A DNA stretch of 26,456 bases from a virus (Duplodnaviria; Caudoviricetes), in IMG/VR virus record IMGVR_UViG_3300027887_000043, positions 1 to 26,456 of that record; one strand, given 5' to 3'. Positions 1 through 7,992 of the stretch are shown here, piece after piece. A program made the position numbers and the translations under genes. The notes under the pieces were generated by a model. The model was not told the origin of the DNA. It was given only the letters and a program-made list of their open reading frames with translations, and ran no database searches. Numbering within the stretch: the stretch's first letter is position 1; every line of letters begins with the position of its first letter.

Positions 1-172
1 ACCATGTTGCATTACCAGCAGCAACATTAATTCGGTCACAAAGAACACAAAGATCAGTTTGATAATAATCAACAGAATAATCTTTTGAATGTGAAATTGC
101 TCCGAGGAAATGAACATAGATTAAACAATCCTCAAAGCAAGTTATTTCCTTTAACTTCAATAGAATGTGCAT
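1..172 (-). CDS. hypothetical protein, truncated at window edge (MHILLKLKEITCFEDC...)
   Basis: Hand-translated; ATG at 172 preceded by AGAAAGGA; frame open to the edge; absent from the ORF track. Confidence 0.7.
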   Translation of the reverse strand, partial: MHILLKLKEITCFEDCLIYVHFLGAISHSKDYSVDYYQTDLCVLCDRINVAAGNATW

Positions 173-183
173 ATCGGTCCTTT

Positions 184-405
184 CTATTTCTTTTCAAGAT
201 TATTCATTGCCATCATTCCACAACAGAAACAATACAATTCATTCACTTTTAACCTTTCTGAAATATCTCTTCCTTCTTTTCCATTAGCATCAAATTCAAA
301 TATTCTCCCTCCTTGGGAATTAATATCCAAATCAATCCAATATCCTTTTCGTCTGAGATATTCCATGATTTGAAAAATCTTATGTTTCTTTTCATTAGTA
401 GTCAT
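184..405 (-). CDS. hypothetical phage protein, 73 aa
   Basis: ORF with TAGAAAGGA SD, packed co-directionally with neighbours. Confidence 0.75.
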   Translation of the reverse strand: MTTNEKKHKIFQIMEYLRRKGYWIDLDINSQGGRIFEFDANGKEGRDISERLKVNELYCFCCGMMAMNNLEKK

Positions 406-423
406 TAGATTTTATCCTTTCTA

Positions 424-606
424 TTAATCAACTAAGTGAAGAATAACTGAATCATACTTATCAGCAATTTCCAAAGCTCTTTTTATTGCCTTGTTAATAG
501 TACTATTCAAATTTCCTTTTTTGGTAAAAGAAAAGGGAATTTCCCAAATCTGCTTTATCATTTTGTTTGCATCTACCAATACAACTCTTATGTTATTTCC
601 TTCCAT
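424..606 (-). CDS. hypothetical phage protein, 60 aa (start MEGNN)
   Basis: AGAAAGGATAATACA-ATG at 606; the track's longer start lacks an SD. Confidence 0.75.
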   Translation of the reverse strand: MEGNNIRVVLVDANKMIKQIWEIPFSFTKKGNLNSTINKAIKRALEIADKYDSVILHLVD

Positions 607-619
607 TGTATTATCCTTT

Positions 620-877
620 CTATAGATAGAATTTAGCAACATGCTTCAAAACACAAACAGTATCCGACAATGACCAGGATAATCTAAGACTATAAGCCAA
701 ATGTCTAACAGAAAAATCCTTATTATCCCAAGGACCATTTCCCCATTTATTCAAATGCTGATCCCCTTCTTTTAATGCTTCAATAATTTTTTCTTTAGAA
801 AAGGGAACTAATCTTTTGAGATTATTAATTCCCAATTTCCTTGCTTTTTCATCACAAGACAATTCAAATTCAGTCAT
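620..877 (-). CDS. hypothetical phage protein, 85 aa (start MTEFE; DQHLN...WD...SLSDTVCVLKH)
   Basis: AGAAAGGATAATACA-ATG at 877, same leader as the 606 gene. Confidence 0.75.
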   Translation of the reverse strand: MTEFELSCDEKARKLGINNLKRLVPFSKEKIIEALKEGDQHLNKWGNGPWDNKDFSVRHLAYSLRLSWSLSDTVCVLKHVAKFYL

Positions 878-881
878 TGTA

Positions 882-1370
882 TTATCCTTTCTTTTTAGGT
901 ACTGGATCTTTATCCAAGTATTCAGTAAAATATCCAATAGACCAACACCTATTATCAGGATCAAATGTTGCTTCTTCCAAATTAGGAAGATTATTATCCA
1001 ACCAGTTTTCAATCTCTTGATAAACAAAATCATCATCTGATTTCATATATCTTGCTGATGATCTTTCTGCTCCAACTATTCTTTTAATCTCAAAAGCCTT
1101 TGGAACAATGAAATACTTAAAAATACTCGTAGGTATTCCAAAGATATTGAACAAGTTTTTTGGAAACAACTGCCATTCAATATAATACTTTTCATAACCG
1201 TTGTGATAACCATTACAGTCCATTGAATAACGATCAAACCTAACTATCAGTTTATTGTTATCTATTTTATGAACACAAGTTGATAAAGAACTTCCATAAT
1301 TATACATTTCAAACAAACTTACAAAAGCAATCGAGTCTACTGCATTGATTTGGTACTCTGTATTCTTCAT
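882..1370 (-). CDS. hypothetical phage protein, 162 aa
   Basis: Long ORF with GGAGGA SD. Confidence 0.8.
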   Translation of the reverse strand: MKNTEYQINAVDSIAFVSLFEMYNYGSSLSTCVHKIDNNKLIVRFDRYSMDCNGYHNGYEKYYIEWQLFPKNLFNIFGIPTSIFKYFIVPKAFEIKRIVGAERSSARYMKSDDDFVYQEIENWLDNNLPNLEEATFDPDNRCWSIGYFTEYLDKDPVPKKKG

Positions 1371-1374
1371 TGTT

Positions 1375-1518
1375 TTATTCCTCCACTATTTCAAAGTAAT
1401 TATTGAAACCACGAGTTAATTTGTAAGAATGGTTACAAAAGAAATTAAAAAACAAATGAAATGTTTCTGTTGATGCTCCAGAAATACGATACAATTCCAT
1501 AAATCTTGCCCAAAACAT
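1375..1518 (-). CDS. 47-aa aromatic-rich micropeptide (MFWARFMELY...)
   Basis: Hand-translated; AGAAAGGA SD; fills the gap between genes. Confidence 0.65.
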   Translation of the reverse strand: MFWARFMELYRISGASTETFHLFFNFFCNHSYKLTRGFNNYFEIVEE

Positions 1519-1555
1519 AGTTTTTTTCCTTTCTATTAATTGTTATTGGTTTATT

Positions 1556-1617
1556 GTTTACTTCTCCAATGAAAATAGGGATTACTCCTGATCCCTATTT
1601 CCCTAAAAGAAATAAAC
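1556..1617 (-). promoter_or_regulatory. long imperfect hairpin, candidate RNase III processing site or attenuator
   Basis: Perfect core AAATAGGGAT (1573-1582) / ATCCCTATTT (1591-1600), extendable to about 27 bp with G-U pairs on the minus strand. Confidence 0.55.
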
Positions 1618-1630
1618 TATGTATAAAATA

Positions 1631-1903
1631 TTAATATGGATGAAAGATTAAAGCTGGAAGTCCAGCTTCAGCAAATGGATACATACGTCCTCTATAAGTA
1701 ACAGACATTTGAGTAAATCCTTTTGGAGTTATTCTCAATTCTAAAATATCTGTTGTATTAGTTTTTCTTTTGATAATCAATTCGTCACTGCCATTATCAA
1801 TTACAGTAAACGAATCATTTTCATAAACAACTTTTAACGATGGAGCATATTTTGACGGTTCAAAAACAAAAGCTTCTTTTCCACTAATGGTTGTTTTAGT
1901 CAT
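1631..1903 (-). CDS. hypothetical phage protein, 90 aa
   Basis: AGAAAGGA SD. Confidence 0.75.
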   Translation of the reverse strand: MTKTTISGKEAFVFEPSKYAPSLKVVYENDSFTVIDNGSDELIIKRKTNTTDILELRITPKGFTQMSVTYRGRMYPFAEAGLPALIFHPY

Positions 1904-1921
1904 TGGTTTTATCCTTTCTAA

Positions 1922-2056
1922 TTATACATTGAACATATAGAAACGGTCACATTGCCATTGGGGAATAGTTGCCACAATAGTTCCGGCAATATAAAACTTC
2001 TTTTTATACCCATTACTGAAAAACAGTGTGTTATGAAAGAAATTAATCCAAAACAT
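1922..2056 (-). CDS. 44-aa aromatic-rich micropeptide (MFWINFFHNT...)
   Basis: Hand-translated; AAGGAGGA SD; starts 2 nt after the upstream stop. Confidence 0.65.
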   Translation of the reverse strand: MFWINFFHNTLFFSNGYKKKFYIAGTIVATIPQWQCDRFYMFNV

Positions 2057-2058
2057 AA

Positions 2059-2325
2059 TTATTCCTCCTTTCTCACTCCGAAAAATGATTCTTTTTTAGT
2101 ATACCTACAAGTACAAGGACCAATTACTTTAGAAAATAGAGAAGCAGCGAAAGTGCAAGTTCTTCCTGTATACCACTCTTCTGTTATTTCAATACCATGA
2201 TTAAATCTATTACAACCAAGAGCGGAAACAACCACTCTCTTTTCTCCTGTTTCCATATTAAATTCTTGATCCAAAATTTCCTTTTTTATCATAGCGAAGA
2301 ATACATAATCTTTGTTTTCAATCAT
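2059..2325 (-). CDS. hypothetical Cys-containing protein, 88 aa
   Basis: AGAAAGGA SD; ATGA overlap with the upstream gene. Confidence 0.75.
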   Translation of the reverse strand: MIENKDYVFFAMIKKEILDQEFNMETGEKRVVVSALGCNRFNHGIEITEEWYTGRTCTFAASLFSKVIGPCTCRYTKKESFFGVRKEE

Positions 2326-2498
2326 TGTTTTATTCCTTTCTTAAAGGGTTTCCATGCAGTACACAAATAAATCTTCTTTTCATTGTGAATGTTATGTTTC
2401 TTATCAATCCTTTCCATTTGATTTGCCCTTTGCATTACAATAGATTTGACAAAGGACACACTAACCAATGACTTCAAATCAATAACTTTTATAATCAT
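2322..2498 (-). CDS. hypothetical protein, 58 aa (start MIIKV)
   Basis: AAGGAG SD before the ATG at 2498. Confidence 0.6.
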   Translation of the reverse strand: MIIKVIDLKSLVSVSFVKSIVMQRANQMERIDKKHNIHNEKKIYLCTAWKPFKKGIKQ

Positions 2499-3132
2499 AC
2501 TTTTCAATCTCCTTGTTGGCATCCCAATAACCGATGTGAACCCGATCATGAATTCCACTCCACCTTGTTAATTCAAAAACATCTTCTATATCCATTTCCT
2601 CAAATCTTGCAAAGAAATCATAACAAGCACAACAACCACCATAATGTTCTCCAATATAGATCATCGGTTTATCTTTAGGCCAAAAGGCTAAATCATCAAC
2701 TATAGCAGTATCATCAAAATACGGCCAGGAAACTATAATAGCATCAACCTGATCTGCATAAGTATATGTTGCTTCAACTCGATCCATTTCTATTATTTCA
2801 AAAGGTTTAATTCCATCTTTCATTGTTTTCCAAGAAAAATCATCAGTAGCAATAACTTCCACTCCATGTTTAGTCAATGCTTTTGCCAACCAACCTTTGC
2901 CAGCTTGTATTTCTAACACTTTCTTAATGTTATTCTTTTTCATCCAACTAGCAAGCTGTTCTGTCCAATATAAATCTACTAATGCATACATTCCAAATTC
3001 TTTTCTTATTATTTCTCGACATTCACACATTTCTTTCCAATTATCATTGTAAATAGAATCATTACAATCTTCTTTGGAAAAGCGTTCGGGAATTTCACCA
3101 ATAGACAATAAATCAATGTTGAATTTAAGCAT
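2479..3132 (-). CDS. class I SAM-dependent methyltransferase-like protein
   Basis: Motif I-like VLEIQAGKGWLA, then VIATD, IVSWPY and YIGE..GGCCA. Confidence 0.75.
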   Translation of the reverse strand: MLKFNIDLLSIGEIPERFSKEDCNDSIYNDNWKEMCECREIIRKEFGMYALVDLYWTEQLASWMKKNNIKKVLEIQAGKGWLAKALTKHGVEVIATDDFSWKTMKDGIKPFEIIEMDRVEATYTYADQVDAIIVSWPYFDDTAIVDDLAFWPKDKPMIYIGEHYGGCCACYDFFARFEEMDIEDVFELTRWSGIHDRVHIGYWDANKEIEKYDYKSY

Positions 3133-3171
3133 AGTTATTTCCTTTTTGATTGTTGTTGGTTAGACTTCATT

Positions 3172-3209
3172 CTTGACTACTATCTCACAATTGATTAATA
3201 GTAGTCAAG
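3172..3209. promoter_or_regulatory. 12-bp perfect inverted repeat containing a sigma70-like promoter
   Basis: CTTGACTACTAT-N14-ATAGTAGTCAAG; the minus strand reads TTGACT-N18-GATAGT with TGn. Confidence 0.6.
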
Positions 3210-3217
3210 CAAAAAAT

Positions 3218-3601
3218 CTAGCAATAAAAGTTAAAGGGATACATTTTTTGCCAATAATTAACTAAATCTGCAAACTTCCAATCCCAATTTTCAACCAAAC
3301 TATAATCAACTTTTGGTTTATATTGGAAATTCTTTTGTAGACTCTTACAAATACGGATTGCAGTTCCTTTGGAACATTTAAAACTTTGAACTGCTATACC
3401 AGTACCTTTATAAGTAATTGTGTAACTATCCTTTTTGAATCTATTTGTAACAGTTTGATTGTACAACTTATTATCCCCCATCAACACTCTATTCACAGCA
3501 AAGTGTTCCGTTTCAAACAACAACGGAATTGTTTGGTGATAAGGTGCTAAATCATAGTTGATATCCAAGTTATATATCTTTACTACAATAAACTTTTCCA
3601 T
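3218..3601 (-). CDS. hypothetical phage protein, 127 aa
   Basis: AGAAAGGA SD. Confidence 0.8.
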   Translation of the reverse strand: MEKFIVVKIYNLDINYDLAPYHQTIPLLFETEHFAVNRVLMGDNKLYNQTVTNRFKKDSYTITYKGTGIAVQSFKCSKGTAIRICKSLQKNFQYKPKVDYSLVENWDWKFADLVNYWQKMYPFNFYC

Positions 3602-3619
3602 TTTTCTTTTTCCTTTCTA

Positions 3620-3811
3620 TTAGAAGCGGGAACCAAGATTGTTATTGTACTGCCATTTCTTCGCCAGGAACATTTCCTTGGTAGAATGATAGTAAACAAA
3701 ACCATCATAAACCAAGTTACATTTGAGACTCAAATACAATTGATACCAATGTTGAGTCTCTTTGCCATAGTTTGTGTCCTGAATGAACTCGACAAAACGT
3801 AACCAAAACAT
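3620..3811 (-). CDS. 63-aa aromatic-rich small protein (MFWLRFVEF...)
   Basis: AGAAAG SD; N-terminus resembles the 1518 peptide. Confidence 0.7.
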   Translation of the reverse strand: MFWLRFVEFIQDTNYGKETQHWYQLYLSLKCNLVYDGFVYYHSTKEMFLAKKWQYNNNLGSRF

Positions 3812-3825
3812 AGTTATTTTTCTTT

Positions 3826-3978
3826 CTAATTGAGGAAATAAGCAAAGTGATTGTAGTGGTAGGAATGAAAATACAAACTACCACATGCCAACAACTGAAA
3901 TTGCCTAGTTACTCCATTTTGATGAAAAGTAACCTGATTGGCAACTTCAATACAATCTTCAATGAATAAATAAAACAT
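3826..3978 (-). CDS. 50-aa aromatic-rich micropeptide (MFYLFIEDC...)
   Basis: Hand-translated; AGAAAGGA SD; directly downstream of a promoter. Confidence 0.65.
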   Translation of the reverse strand: MFYLFIEDCIEVANQVTFHQNGVTRQFQLLACGSLYFHSYHYNHFAYFLN

Positions 3979-4029
3979 AGCATTATTCCTTTCTGTTAGT
4001 TATTGGTTTATTGTGTTCAATGTGAATGC

Positions 4030-4059
4030 ACTATAGCAAATCAATAAAAACCCTGTCAA
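4030..4059 (-). promoter_or_regulatory. strong sigma70-type promoter
   Basis: TTGACA (4059-4054) N18 TATAGT (4035-4030), extended -10 TGn, A/T-rich upstream. Confidence 0.75.
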
Positions 4060-4068
4060 GAGAAATTT

Positions 4069-4281
4069 TTATTTAATCACAGCATAAACATAACCAGATT
4101 TGGTTTTTTGAATAACAGGCAATTCATTTTCTTTAGTTTCCTTTTTAAATTTTTTACTCATGGTTTCATACTTTTTGATTTGACCAATATCAATTAAATG
4201 TTGAATGAATTCTTTCCGAGAATAATCAAAGATTTCCTTGCCAATGTAAACATGATAATTCTTACTAGCATTATAATTCAT
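4069..4281 (-). CDS. hypothetical phage protein, 70 aa
   Basis: AGAAAGGA SD. Confidence 0.75.
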   Translation of the reverse strand: MNYNASKNYHVYIGKEIFDYSRKEFIQHLIDIGQIKKYETMSKKFKKETKENELPVIQKTKSGYVYAVIK

Positions 4282-4301
4282 TGTTTTATTCCTTTCTTTT
4301 T

Positions 4302-4413
4302 GAATTTTGATTTTGAAAAAACAAAGTCTTTCAATTGGCTTGTAAATGATCTTATATTAGAATTTGAAATTGAAAAAACTAAGTCTTTCATTTGGCTTGT
4401 AGACGTTTATAAT
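4302..4413. repeat. imperfect tandem duplication, about 57-bp unit x2
   Basis: TTGAAAAAAC(A/T)AAGTCTTTCA(A/T)TTGGCTTGTA occurs twice, 57 nt apart. Confidence 0.85.
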
Positions 4414-4451
4414 ATACTTGGATTCCTCCCCCGCCTATCATCCAGGGGAAT

Positions 4452-4504
4452 ATAAGAATCACTATTAGATAAGAATAAGAATCATTGTCAGTAGTGATTC
4501 TTAT
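4452..4504. repeat. 13-bp inverted repeat with an internal ATAAGAATCA copy
   Basis: ATAAGAATCACTA (4452-4464) / TAGTGATTCTTAT (4492-4504). Confidence 0.8.
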
Positions 4505-4549
4505 TGATATTTTGAGTTAGGAAAGACTAACTGGCATTGCTTTTGCCCT

Positions 4550-4706
4550 AACAAAAGATGATAAGACAAATGAGATTAGTATTAACAACTATTTTGAGCC
4601 TATTCCATCTTTCTTTCCCAGAGAATACTTTTTGAGCCTCGTTTAATAACTTTCGCCGTGGCTGATACTTTTTGAATATCCCAACAAAAGATGATAAGAC
4701 AAATGA
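4550..4706. repeat. 24-bp exact direct repeat
   Basis: AACAAAAGATGATAAGACAAATGA at 4550-4573 and 4683-4706, with several TTTTGA(G) motifs between. Confidence 0.85.
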
Positions 4707-5171
4707 ATTATGTCTTGCCCAATAAAACCACGTAATTAAATGAAATCATTGACAAAATCAATTTACTTATCCGAAAAAGCCAATAATTTCATTTTGTTAT
4801 CAGAATTGATTACAGATTAATAAACTGGAAAAGATAAGGTGAAAAAATGATTGAAACGAGGAAAAACCAAGGTGATACAATAGACAAAGAATCAATCAAA
4901 ACGATATCGGCAAGGATTGAAATCAAATGCCTTACGATATCTACAACGATATATGTATTGACTAACGTATCTGTCAGCCAAGGAATAGCAACGATTTACA
5001 GGCACCCTATCAAACGGAAAAAATGGCTGTCAATACCTAATTTCTAACCTATTGAAATCGACTATTAAATACGATTTCTTTCTAGGATATAAAATTAGTA
5101 TTGTTCCCTAGATCGAGATTTCAAGCCAATTGACGAGACAGTATATGAATAAGTACTGAAGTTTATTTTTC

Positions 5172-5200
5172 TTGACCATAATATCAATTGTCTATAAGAT
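5172..5200 (+). promoter_or_regulatory. sigma70-type promoter for the plus-strand island
   Basis: TTGACC-N17-TAAGAT, 75 nt upstream of the 5276 ATG. Confidence 0.65.
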
Positions 5201-5275
5201 TGCCAAAGTTACATATTGATTTTGCGCTGAAAACGAGCGCAGCAACAAAAACCCATTAATAGAAGGGAAAACAAA

Positions 5276-6178
5276 ATGCAAAGAATAAGGGCGCCAAGCA
5301 ATTGCAACATTAGTAAAATATATTATGAGGACTTTCCATTGTGTTCAAGTGAATCACTGGGTTGCTGTAAATACTTTATCAATGAATGCAAACTAACAGA
5401 AGGGACAAAAACCATGAAGTTGAACCTCAAGAAAGTAGTAGAGTCTAATGTATCTTCCTTGGTTATTAACAATGTAATCGAGGAAATCCTCAAAAGAATT
5501 GAAACTCTTATTACGGAGAGGTTTGCCACTACGCAAAAGATGATATGGAATCAGCAAAAAGCCATTGAAGCAATTACCATTGAACTTTCCAATATCAAAG
5601 CATCGGTAAAAGGAAATAGTACTGTCGTTGAGAATTTGGCGGCAGCAATTAACATGTATTCCAAAATATCGGCACCAAGTAACAATATGGAAAAAAGCAA
5701 GGAAGCATTGCAGGCAAAAAAGGAAGTTGTTGCTTCTACTGCTAGTACCAACAACAGTGAATTGATTAAGTCCATTAACAAAGCATCATTGACTGAATTG
5801 CGAAGTATCTATATGGACAACAAAGAATTGTTTGCAGGATTGAAGCGTCCCGGTGGAAATCCTGCAATGTATTCTGACGCAAAGATCAAAGAACTAAAGG
5901 CAAGTTACATTGCAAGAATTGCCGGAAATACTGGCCCTGTTGTTTCTACTCCGACAAAAGAAACGACTACTAACCCGGAAATCCTCAAAGCAACATATTG
6001 GGAACAAGCTTTTTCTTGTTCGCATGACGATATGGTTTCAATCGTGAAATGGGCAAGAAGTGTGAAGGGGCAATTCACGAAAGATGTATTGGAAGAGCAA
6101 TTCGAGGAAGTTAATGAATTGCCCGATACTTTCATTACTTTCTTGAGACACTGCCAGGAACAATCGGCAAGCAAGTAA
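5276..6178 (+). CDS. hypothetical coiled-coil protein, 300 aa; second in-frame start at 5414 (254 aa)
   Basis: AGAAGGGA SD precedes both ATG 5276 and ATG 5414; helical heptad-like segment. Confidence 0.85.
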   Translation: MQRIRAPSNCNISKIYYEDFPLCSSESLGCCKYFINECKLTEGTKTMKLNLKKVVESNVSSLVINNVIEEILKRIETLITERFATTQKMIWNQQKAIEAITIELSNIKASVKGNSTVVENLAAAINMYSKISAPSNNMEKSKEALQAKKEVVASTASTNNSELIKSINKASLTELRSIYMDNKELFAGLKRPGGNPAMYSDAKIKELKASYIARIAGNTGPVVSTPTKETTTNPEILKATYWEQAFSCSHDDMVSIVKWARSVKGQFTKDVLEEQFEEVNELPDTFITFLRHCQEQSASK

Positions 6179-6240
6179 CTCCCCAACAATCAATAGGTGC
6201 TTTGGCTTGTGACTGCAAAGCACCTTGAAAGGACAAGGAT

Positions 6241-6699
6241 ATGGCATTGTTATTGAAGTTGAAAAAGAAAGCTGCACCAAAAGCAAAGGCAGTAGTTATG
6301 CACAATAATCCTGTTGTTGCCAAGGAAAAGCCGAAAGCAATCATTGCCAAGCAATCGGCAAGCAATATCTTTGGAATTGATGCTTCCACTATGCTTCTCA
6401 CTGATCTTGGTCGCTTGACAAAGGCAGGGTTCATATTGGAGTTTTATAAACTCCGATCTCCCATCTGTATCAAGATGTTCGATGAAATCAAGGCTTTGCT
6501 TGCTGAAAAAGCCTTTATGGTGTCCGAGTCTGTTCATTTGGACTTCTTGCTGAAGTCCTTTGATCGCGTCTGTGTCTCTGTTTACAACAAGAGGGATAAA
6601 ATTACCATTGAACAAATGAAAGAAACAATAATGCGAACATTGCGTGATATACAGTCTAATATTGTTTCCAATATCATCACAATTCTACCCGATTGCTAA
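6241..6699 (+). CDS. hypothetical protein with Lys/Ala-rich N-terminus, 152 aa
   Basis: GAAAGGA/AAGGA SD; preceded by a 10-bp hairpin at 6195-6225. Confidence 0.8.
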   Translation: MALLLKLKKKAAPKAKAVVMHNNPVVAKEKPKAIIAKQSASNIFGIDASTMLLTDLGRLTKAGFILEFYKLRSPICIKMFDEIKALLAEKAFMVSESVHLDFLLKSFDRVCVSVYNKRDKITIEQMKETIMRTLRDIQSNIVSNIITILPDC

Positions 6700-6796
6700 A
6701 ACCATAAGGGCTAATATGCAACTAGTATTAGCCCTTCCATTGTAGCAGGCAGGCAAGAAACCAATAACATTCAACCAATAGATGGGAGTCAATACA

Positions 6797-7045
6797 ATGA
6801 TTGATATCAATGACACTTGGAAAGTTTTACTGGCAAAAGGACATAGCAAGAAACATATAGAGATTGCTTTGGCTATAACAAAGGGAATGCAAACTATAAG
6901 CATTGCTTCTCTTGATTGGCTTATAACTGATATGATTAAGAGTGATATCAATGTGAATAAGTACTTGGAAAAATCAGCACGTACCAGAAACTTCAATACG
7001 ATATATGAAAATAAAAGAACGTCTATACCTGTAAGGCGCAAGTAA
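6797..7045 (+). CDS. hypothetical protein, 82 aa (start MIDIN)
   Basis: GGGAG SD before ATG 6797; preceded by an 11-bp hairpin at 6706-6736. Confidence 0.7.
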   Translation: MIDINDTWKVLLAKGHSKKHIEIALAITKGMQTISIASLDWLITDMIKSDINVNKYLEKSARTRNFNTIYENKRTSIPVRRK

Positions 7046-7073
7046 GTATTAGAAGTAATATACAATTCAATAT

Positions 7074-7113
7074 AAGCCTCGATTGCTTTCCATTGTAATC
7101 GAGGCTTTTCTTT
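7074..7113 (+). terminator. intrinsic terminator closing the plus-strand island
   Basis: AAGCCTCGATT / AATCGAGGCTT stem followed by TTCTTT. Confidence 0.8.
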
Positions 7114-7326
7114 GTCCTTCATTTGGATATCAGCATTGATTCTATATTGCCATTTAAAGGCCCATTTTAGCGTCTACAGTCGATTTCAATTGAAAGCAAG
7201 TCCTTTGCATCCTGTTTTTTCAATTCGCCTGTAATAGCCATTTATAATCAATTCTAATAACTATTCCATTATGGCACAGTACGAGGCGGCCTACCGTCTA
7301 GTTTTTTTTGCCCTGGAACTAAGAGG

Positions 7327-7479
7327 ACCACCCGCAGTAAATTTGTAATTTTTTTTCAATTTAAGAGACATTCATATTAATAACTACCCACCATAAATTT
7401 TTTATTAAAATGTAAAATCAAAAAATTTTATTTACTATATATATTCAACAACCACCCCCGAAAAATTTGTAATTTTTTC
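7327..7479. repeat. ACCACCC-N5-AAATTTGTAATTTTTT direct repeats (two good copies, one degenerate)
   Basis: Copies at 7327-7357 and 7451-7479; degenerate copy near 7383-7406. Confidence 0.75.
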
Positions 7480-7511
7480 TTAGTATAGATACTATTCAGT
7501 TTTCAAAGAAC

Positions 7512-7574
7512 AAAAAAAATAGCCAACAATCTTCCTACCTCTCTCCTGTAGAGGTTAGGAAAACTATTGGCTAT
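7512..7574 (-). terminator. long hairpin terminator ending the minus-strand block
   Basis: ATAGCCAA / TTGGCTAT outer stem, inner TTCCTA/TAGGAA and CCTCT/AGAGG stems, followed by a U tract on the minus strand. Confidence 0.75.
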
Positions 7575-7583
7575 ATATACTGA

Positions 7584-7826
7584 TTAGTCTTTCTCTATTC
7601 TCATACTACTCTCACCTGTTTCGTAATCTATACCTACTATTAATTTTCCTCTATCTTTTGGATCAATGTTTTCTAAATTGTTCATGTAAATACTAACTTC
7701 CTTTATTCCTCTTATCATCCTCCATTCTGTCATTTCTCCTTCCAATAACATTCTTGATTCACCACAGTCATTACAGTATTCTATATCAGTATATATTTTA
7801 GAAATATTGTTATGCTTACACTTCAT
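7584..7826 (-). CDS. hypothetical protein with CxH...CxxC zinc-ribbon-like motif
   Basis: AGGAGG SD; CKH and CNDC. Confidence 0.7.
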   Translation of the reverse strand: MKCKHNNISKIYTDIEYCNDCGESRMLLEGEMTEWRMIRGIKEVSIYMNNLENIDPKDRGKLIVGIDYETGESSMRIEKD

Positions 7827-7992
7827 TTTGATCCTCCTTAACTATAATCTTTGTATATTGTTCCGTTTGTTGAATCATATACCTTTTGTCCTTATAATAG
7901 AGTACTTGTCCTTTTTCTGGAGGAAATATAAAAACAAAATCTGTTAAAAATTTTCCAGTGGAATCAAAAACTTTTGTTTTATACTTTTCCAT
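7816..7992 (-). CDS. hypothetical protein, 58 aa (MEKYKTKVFDS...)
   Basis: Hand-translated; AGGAG SD; short overlaps with neighbours. Confidence 0.6.
   Translation of the reverse strand: MEKYKTKVFDSTGKFLTDFVFIFPPEKGQVLYYKDKRYMIQQTEQYTKIIVKEDQNEV

Noticed and set aside
4474-4490. Fur-box-like AATAAGAATCATTGTCA
   Set aside because: Partial match in AT-rich repeat DNA with no adjacent promoter or iron-related gene
4550-4706. 24-bp repeat as a mini-CRISPR array
   Set aside because: Only two copies, a 109-nt gap, not palindromic, and no cas genes in the window
4198-5047. Track ORFs 4198-4455 and 4847-5047, and a 37-aa minus-strand ORF at 4278-4391
   Set aside because: They lie in repeat-rich DNA and have no recognisable protein features; 4847 has a possible AAGGTG SD, so it is unsupported rather than excluded
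5323-7122. Minus-strand track ORFs over the plus-strand island
   Set aside because: Antisense shadows of SD-bearing genes
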